From: Nitrospirota bacterium
GTDB lineage: Bacteria > Nitrospirota > UBA9217
Assembly (NCBI GenBank): GCA_963818475.1
Contig: CAWFSF010000002.1
Location: forward strand, 192,001-256,000
DNA length: 64,000 nucleotides
Reading direction: 5' to 3'
The position numbers were made by a program, and so were the translations under genes. Shown piece after piece: positions 57,608 to 64,000 of the stretch. The notes beneath the pieces are model-generated. The model was not told the origin of the DNA, did no database searches, and saw only the letters and a list, made by a program, of their open reading frames with translations. The first letter of the stretch is position 1, and every line of letters begins with the position of its first letter.

Positions 57608-59159
57608 CTACTCCCACTCGATCGTGCTCGGCGGCTTGGACGAGATGTCGAGGACCACGCGGTTCACCCCTTTTACTTCGTTGATGATGCGGTTGGACAT
57701 GATGCCGAGCAGGTCATAGGGGATCTTGGCCCAGTCGGCGGTCATGCCGTCCTGGCTCGTGACCGCGCGGATGGCGACCACGTTCTCGTAGGTCCGCTCG
57801 TCGCCCATGACGCCCACGGTCTTGATCGGGAGCAGCACGGCAAAGGACTGCCAGATCTCCTTGTAGAGGCCGGCCTTCTTGATCTCCTCGATCACGATGG
57901 CGTCGGCCTCACGCAGTATTTTCAGCCGCGGCTCCGTCACCTCGCCCAGGATGCGGATGGCAAGACCCGGGCCCGGGAAGGGCTGGCGGTCGATGATGTC
58001 GTCGGGCATCTTCATCTCGCGGCCGATGGCGCGCACTTCGTCCTTGAACAGTTCCCGGAGCGGCTCCACCAGCTTCAGCTTCATCTTCTCGGGCAGACCG
58101 CCCACGTTGTGGTGCGACTTGATGATGGCCGACGGGCCCTTGAACGAAACGCTCTCGATCACGTCGGGATAGAGCGTGCCCTGCACCAGGAACCCGGCGC
58201 CGCCCACTGCATGCGCTTCCCGCTCAAAGACCTCGATAAAGGTGTTGCCGATGATCTTCCGCTTCTTCTCGGGGTCCTCGACTCCCTTGAGTTTGACAAG
58301 GAATTCCGCGGACGCGTCGACATACTTGAGGTTCAGCCCCATGTCCTTGAAGGAGTGCTGCACCTTCTCGGCCTCGTCCTTTCTGAGCACGCCGTTGTTC
58401 ACGAAGATGCAGGTGAGCTGTTTTCCGATCGCCTTGTGCACGAGCACGGCTGCTACGGAAGAATCAACGCCGCCGGACAGGCCGCAGACCGCCTGGTCCT
58501 TGCCCACGGCCTTGCGGATCTCGCCGACGGAATAGTCCACAAAGGATGCCATGGTCCAGGTCGGTTCGCATTTGCAGATCCCGTACACGAAGTTCCGGAG
58601 GATCTGGACGCCCTGCGGCGTATGCACCACCTCGGGGTGGAACTGGACGCCGTAGAATTTCCGTTTTTCATCCGCCATGGCCGCGGTCGGGGAGTTGTCC
58701 GTATGCGCAATGGCGGCAAAGCCTTCCGGCATTTTCTCGATGCGGTCGCCGTGGCTCATCCAGACCGTCGCCTTGCCGGCCTCTCCAATGGCTGCGAACA
58801 ATCCTTCGTTCTTATGGATATTAAGCTCTGCTCTGCCGAACTCGCGCTTTGTGGATTTCGCCACCTGCCCGCCGAGCACATGTGTCAGGAGCTGCATGCC
58901 GTAGCAGATGCCGAGCACCGGCACCCCGAGTCCGAGATGGGCCTTGGTCAATGAGTGGCGAACCTGCATCATAGACGCTCGAAGGGCCGCCCGACAGGAT
59001 GAGCCCCTTCGGATTGAAGGCCTTGACCTTGTCGAGCCCCGCGTTGTAGGGGAATATTTCGCAATAGACCCTGGCCTCGCGCACCCGGCGGGCGATGAGC
59101 TGGGTGTACTGGGACCCGAAGTCGAGGATAAGGATTCGTTCACTATGGATATCGGACAC
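57608..59159 (-). CDS. guaA: GMP synthase (glutamine-hydrolysing), frameshifted near 58940
   Basis: [52 protein letters not shown]. Confidence 0.97.
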
Positions 59160-59233
59160 AAGGAGCTCCTTTCAAATGCTGAAGTGGTGCCATATTACCC
59201 CATGTAGCGAAGACCTGTCAATCTGAACATGGA

Positions 59234-60046
59234 GTGAAAAAACTCGCCTTGACAAGCCGCGACGGCACCGTTTATTATAGGTCCATGGGTCAATTCTACC
59301 AAGAACTCAGGGACCTGGCACACCAGCTTGCACGGGCCCTTCCCCGCCCCTCGTTCTATACCGAACACGCTTCCCAGGTGCGTCGTGCCGAAGAGTCCCT
59401 GGGGCGCCACGAGTTCATTCTGCGCTGCCGGACTTACCTCGATGAATCCCTGCTGGAATGCGCCCACGGACTGTGCCACTGCGAAGCCGTGGCCCGCGAT
59501 GCGGGAACGATCGTCCTTGTCGAGGCCGAGCAATCAAACATGGGATTCCCCGACCGGGAACGCCTTTTTACCGCTTCCATTGTCGCCGGCCTCCTGCATG
59601 ACATTAAGCGGAAGGAACAGGACCATGCGGTCCGGGGGAGCATCGAGGCTGAAAAGATCCTTTCGAGGCTCGGCATGGACCTGCGCGAACGCCAGTATAT
59701 TGCGGACGCCATCAGGAACCATGAAGCCTTTCAGGAGACCTTTGAACGGGACGATGCGGCGGGGCAGCTGGTGAGCGATGCGCTCTATGACGCCGACAAG
59801 TTCAGGTGGGGGCCCGAAAACTTCACCACCACGCTCTGGCTCATGGTCGAGTCTCACCACACGCCGCCGGAATCACTGCATCGGACCTTTAAGGAAAAGA
59901 TGAAGGGTATCGAACGGATCAAGGAAACCTTCCGGACCGATACCGGCAAGCGGTTCGGCCCGGAGTTCATTGACCAGGGAATTGCCATCGGAAATGCCAT
60001 CTATGACAAAATGAGCGAGATGCTGAAAAGATCAGATGTCAGATGA
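59234..60046 (+). CDS. HD-domain protein
   Basis: HGLCH, GLLHD, HAVRG, IRNHE, YDADK. Confidence 0.85.
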   Translation: MKKLALTSRDGTVYYRSMGQFYQELRDLAHQLARALPRPSFYTEHASQVRRAEESLGRHEFILRCRTYLDESLLECAHGLCHCEAVARDAGTIVLVEAEQSNMGFPDRERLFTASIVAGLLHDIKRKEQDHAVRGSIEAEKILSRLGMDLRERQYIADAIRNHEAFQETFERDDAAGQLVSDALYDADKFRWGPENFTTTLWLMVESHHTPPESLHRTFKEKMKGIERIKETFRTDTGKRFGPEFIDQGIAIGNAIYDKMSEMLKRSDVR

Positions 60047-61037
60047 CAGACTGAGAAGCAGACGGCAGAAGCCAGACTTTCAAAGAACAGGCCGAGTCAT
60101 AAGTCCGAGTCTGTCTTCTGTTATCTGTCCCCTGTGCTCTCTTCTGATTCCCGTAAACCTTCCTCATAACTGCATCTGCCTGTTCCTTGCGCGCATCGAG
60201 TACGCCTTCCCTGAACTTGAGGGTTTCCTCGGCGAACATGGCCGATCGAAGCCACTCATAGGCCAGCTTCAGTAGTTCAGCATCGTCGGTGCGGACCTTT
60301 TCGATGCGCTCCTCAGGAATATCGTACGTGGCGAGGAAGCTGCTTTCGAACACGAACGCGCGAAAGTAATCGGTGTCGGTGCTGGCCATGAAGAACATCC
60401 GGTTCTTGATCTCGGGAAACTCCCTCTCACCGAAGGACTTTTTCTTGATCAGAAGGTCCATCCAGCCGCGGTTTATGTCGTCGTACTGGTCCGCTCCCTG
60501 GTCCTTGCGCCATTCGGCGACGGTCCACTCCTTGTCCTCCTCGAAACCTTTGCAGTGATCTTCCTTGACCATGAAGTAGAACTCGTCCTTGCCGCCCTCT
60601 GCCTCTTTCTTCCTGAGTGTTGCCATTCCCACAGGGTAATAACGGCAGTTGCTCGGCCGGTCTTCGTACACCGTGCAGCCATCGGGCGTGAGGAAGGGGC
60701 AGGTCTTTTTTTCATCGGCGCTCATTTTGAGCGTGATCACCGGGAGCAGGGTCTTGGCGAGGATCTCGATATCGCAATACTGGTTGATGAACTCCTCGGT
60801 CGTCAAACGGAGCCGTTTTCTGAGGCGCAGCAGGTCGTAAGGCGGCAGAACGATATTGATATTGCTGCAACAAGCTGTAAAGCACGACACACCTTTGTGG
60901 CAGCGGAACTTGAATCTGCTCGCTTCCGTCAGCTTGATCGGCACAACCTTGTCGCTCGCGCTCTTTTTAAGCGGCTCGACGTCAATATCCTCGGACACCA
61001 TTTTTTCCTTTTTCTTATCGTGCTTCTTCTCTTTCAT
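60039..61037 (-). CDS. YkgJ-family cysteine cluster protein (long form)
   Basis: FRCHKGVSCFTACC, CPFL, CTVYEDRPSNCRYYP, HCKG; tail runs into a heptamer repeat. Confidence 0.85.
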   Translation of the reverse strand: MKEKKHDKKKEKMVSEDIDVEPLKKSASDKVVPIKLTEASRFKFRCHKGVSCFTACCSNINIVLPPYDLLRLRKRLRLTTEEFINQYCDIEILAKTLLPVITLKMSADEKKTCPFLTPDGCTVYEDRPSNCRYYPVGMATLRKKEAEGGKDEFYFMVKEDHCKGFEEDKEWTVAEWRKDQGADQYDDINRGWMDLLIKKKSFGEREFPEIKNRMFFMASTDTDYFRAFVFESSFLATYDIPEERIEKVRTDDAELLKLAYEWLRSAMFAEETLKFREGVLDARKEQADAVMRKVYGNQKRAQGTDNRRQTRTYDSACSLKVWLLPSASQSVI

Positions 61038-61112
61038 TGCATCCCTCTCAGCCAGGTTTAAGCCTGTCTCTTTTTTATTCCGAAATCCGCATTCCGCAAT
61101 CCGCATTCGGGA

Positions 61113-61607
61113 CTACTTCATCCAGCTCTGGATCTCCTCATGCTGTTTTATGAAAAGCTCGACCCCTTCGTGGTCAGGACCGAGAATTCTCTTGAACCGC
61201 TCAAGCGCTTCATAAAACGGCATCTCACGGGTGCCGCTGATCAGATTGTCGGCATAGGAAACGATCTTCTCTTCCGGGGTGATCGGTAGATATTCCTTGC
61301 AGGGAAGTCCAAGCCGCGCGGCTTCGGACGCTGTTATGCCAGCTCCGATATGGCGTTCAATGATCAGTACGAGGTGGTCCGAAAAACCGAGGCTCTTCGC
61401 GATCTCAACGCCTGCCACGGCGTGTTCTATGCCATGCGTCCGGGACCGGCCGATATCATGAAGCAGTCCCCCGAGGCGGACCAATTCCCGGTCCACCGGC
61501 TCCTTTACTTGTTCTGCAATGGAGCCTGCCATATTCGAGACCTTTTGACAGTGAGCAACAACATCCGCCGAACAACCGGCCTTTATCAGCACATCAACCT
61601 TACTCAT
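61113..61607 (-). CDS. HDIG-domain protein (TIGR00295-like)
   Basis: VVAHC, LLHDIGR, HAVAG, ERHIGAG, EEKIVSYADN. Confidence 0.88.
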   Translation of the reverse strand: MSKVDVLIKAGCSADVVAHCQKVSNMAGSIAEQVKEPVDRELVRLGGLLHDIGRSRTHGIEHAVAGVEIAKSLGFSDHLVLIIERHIGAGITASEAARLGLPCKEYLPITPEEKIVSYADNLISGTREMPFYEALERFKRILGPDHEGVELFIKQHEEIQSWMK

Positions 61608-61763
61608 AAGCCCGAGAATAATACCATAATTCTGTGAAATTACAAGGCAAGAATCAGGAGATCTCACCAAATCGTGGGCCTTCCCATCAGAAAATACCTC
61701 AGTTTATCATACAATTATCGCTCGACCATCCATGTACGAACCTTCATGTGTCAACTGCCGTTT

Positions 61764-62405
61764 TCAGGATGAAGCGCCTTTTTCCATGAGGGCGGCCAGC
61801 TTCGACCAATCAAAGGAGAGCAGGTTCATGATCTGTGCGCGGATCGTCCTTATCGCGCCTGGGACGTCCCCTTCCCTTTTGAGGTTATAGAAAGGGAGGA
61901 CCGCGGTAAAAGCACGGTCAAGGTAATCAGGGTCCGGCTGCAGGACGTCATCGCGCCTCGTATAATAGGGGTCTTCTCCGACCGCGCAGGGAGCGGTGAA
62001 CACATTGAACTGCCTGCACCCGATCGGCCTGACCGGATGAATAGCACAGGAATTATCGATCAGGAACGGACAGCCCGAAGCGGCCGCGTCGACAGCAAGC
62101 CGGTTCCTCAGCAGGTCCCGTGTAGTACCGGTGATCTTTTCCGATGCATACCAGTAGATCCCGACGATTTCATGGGGATACAGGGGAAGGTCCTTTTGAT
62201 GCACGCAGCAGTTGCCGCATCCTTTCCCGCAGGCCAGTTTTTTCTTCCGCCTTTTCTCAGTGTTTCTCACCGCGACTGCCACCCCGGTATCCGCAATCGC
62301 GTATGCATCAAGAAGCAGGCTAAGCCACGGAAGACGCCGCTCTTCAGCGGGAAAATGCAGGCGGCGCGATAGGCCGGAAGTAGCATGATTCTTGTTTTTT
62401 TTCAT
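61764..62405 (-). CDS. YkgJ-family cysteine cluster protein
   Basis: CGKGCGNCC, CPFL, CAIHPVRPIGCR. Confidence 0.88.
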   Translation of the reverse strand: MKKNKNHATSGLSRRLHFPAEERRLPWLSLLLDAYAIADTGVAVAVRNTEKRRKKKLACGKGCGNCCVHQKDLPLYPHEIVGIYWYASEKITGTTRDLLRNRLAVDAAASGCPFLIDNSCAIHPVRPIGCRQFNVFTAPCAVGEDPYYTRRDDVLQPDPDYLDRAFTAVLPFYNLKREGDVPGAIRTIRAQIMNLLSFDWSKLAALMEKGASS

Positions 62406-62655
62406 TTTTCATTCCATTAAAGCACGTTCGGAGGACGGACTGGATAATAAGCGGTCTTTGCATCCCTGCTTTTTGGCAGATTATGGGAGATTTTTGTGTG
62501 CCATCGGAAAATCTCTCACGCAGATCTCCCGAGTTGCTGCCAGAAATGTTTCCCTGAGTATGAAGAATACAACTCTTGATCGCAGCGGGCAAGGGGAAAT
62601 AGGCTCCCCGATACAGTGCCCATGCCGCCTCTGCTGATAATCGAACATCGTAAAT

Positions 62656-62684
62656 AAAAAGGGGCTGGCTTACAGCCAGCCCCT
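62656..62684 (-). terminator. Intrinsic terminator after hppA
   Basis: aggggctggct-gta-agccagcccct plus a T-run on the minus strand. Confidence 0.8.
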
Positions 62685-62710
62685 CGTACGATCTTTGGAA
62701 CGAATACTGC

Positions 62711-64000
62711 TTACTTGATCAACGGAACGATCAGGAGTGCAACGATGTTGATGACCTTGATCATCGGGTTGATGGCCGGACCTGCGGTGTCCTTGTAAGG
62801 ATCGCCGACCGTGTCGCCCGTGACCGAGGCCTTGTGTCCGTCGCTGCCCTTCTTGTGCACAACGCCCTTGCTGTCCGTGACGCCGTCTTCAAAGGACTTC
62901 TTGGCATTGTCCCATGCGCCGCCGCCTGAGGTCATGGCGATGGCCTGGAACAGACCGGTCACAATGGCGCCGATGAGCACGCCGCCGAGGGCTTCTTTGC
63001 CCAGGAGGAGACCCACCACGACCGGAACAACCACCGGAATGAGCGCCGGGAGCATCATCTCATTGATGGCGCTCTTGGTCACGATGTCAACGCACTTGCC
63101 ATACTGGGGCTTGCCGGTGCCTTCCATGATGCCCGGGATCTCGCGGAACTGTCTGCGAACTTCTTCCACCACGCCGCCTGCAGCCTTAGCAACGGACTCC
63201 ATGAGGAGCGCGCCGAAGTAGTAGGGGAGCATGCCGCCGATGAACAGGCCGCAAAGGACCATGGGGTTCGAAAGATCGAACAGGATCGTTGAGCCGAAGG
63301 AACGTGAATATTCCGAGAACAGCACCAAAGCGGCAAGAGCTGCGGAGCCGATGGCATAGCCCTTGGTCACTGCCTTGGTGGTGTTGCCGACCGCATCGAG
63401 AGGATCGGTGATGTCGCGGATGGCCTGGGGAAGTCCGGCCATTTCAGCGACGCCGCCCGCATTGTCCGTGATCGGACCGTAGGAGTCGATTGCCACGACG
63501 ATGCCGGTCATGGAAAGCATGGACACGGCTGCAAGCGCGATGGCGAAGATGCCGCCCGAGGCCGCGTTCTCTGCACCGGAGAATCCGCCGCCAAGCCAGT
63601 ATGCGCCGAGGATCGAAGCAACGATCACGAGCACCGGCGCTGCGGTGGACTTCATGCTGACTGCGAGTCCGGCGATCACGTTCGTGCCGTGGCCGGTGAG
63701 GCTCGCCTGTGCAATGTGCTGCACCGGGGCCGTACTCTTTAGCAGTGAAATACTCGGTGATCCACACGATCAGGCCGGTGAGGGCAAGACCGATGAGGGA
63801 GATGAAGAACACGGTGTTCGCCGTGAATACGCCGGCATTGGCACCGAGGCTGTCGATAAAGCTCTTGGATACGAAGTAGAACGCTACTGCCGCGATAACG
63901 CCTGCAACGGCGAGGCCCTTGTACAAGGCGCCCATGATGTAGTTGGTCTTGCCGAGTCTTACGAAGTAGGTGCCGACGATGGAAGCGATGATCGAAACGC
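62711..64000 (-). CDS. hppA: Membrane pyrophosphatase, K+-independent H+-PPase type (5'-partial, frameshift near 63730)
   Basis: [21 protein letters not shown] (Lys), [23 protein letters not shown]. Confidence 0.95.

Noticed and set aside
62474-62542. Possible structured RNA upstream of the YkgJ gene
   Set aside because: Some pairing (gggagat/atctccc) but no recognisable riboswitch signature; needs an Rfam search

Overview
Chromosomal segment of a GC-rich, probably anaerobic or microaerophilic bacterium. Gene content and the split atp operon suggest Nitrospirota or a deltaproteobacteria-like lineage (inference). It is mostly housekeeping, energy and redox genes: atpF'FHAGDC, uvrA, nadB, recQ, guaA, pfkA, hppA, a P-type ATPase, a split ADP-forming acyl-CoA synthetase, perR-fprA-rubredoxin and glutaredoxin-FTR. 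Many core genes carry single-base frameshifts, most likely long-read errors. Accessory content: (1) an AT-rich, integrase-less integron cassette array (about 11.6-15.5 kb) with three well-formed attC sites, carrying a DUF4365-like nuclease, a secreted protein and a 566-aa protein with a HEPN-like motif; (2) two head-to-tail IS1202-family (ISNCY) copies with three 16-bp target duplications; (3) two modules pairing a PhnD-like binding protein with a HAMP membrane sensor, one with a periplasmic CxxCH motif and one with no kinase domain; (4) many intergenic palindromes with 7- or 9-nt periodicity, some nested. I saw no rRNA, tRNA or CRISPR array.
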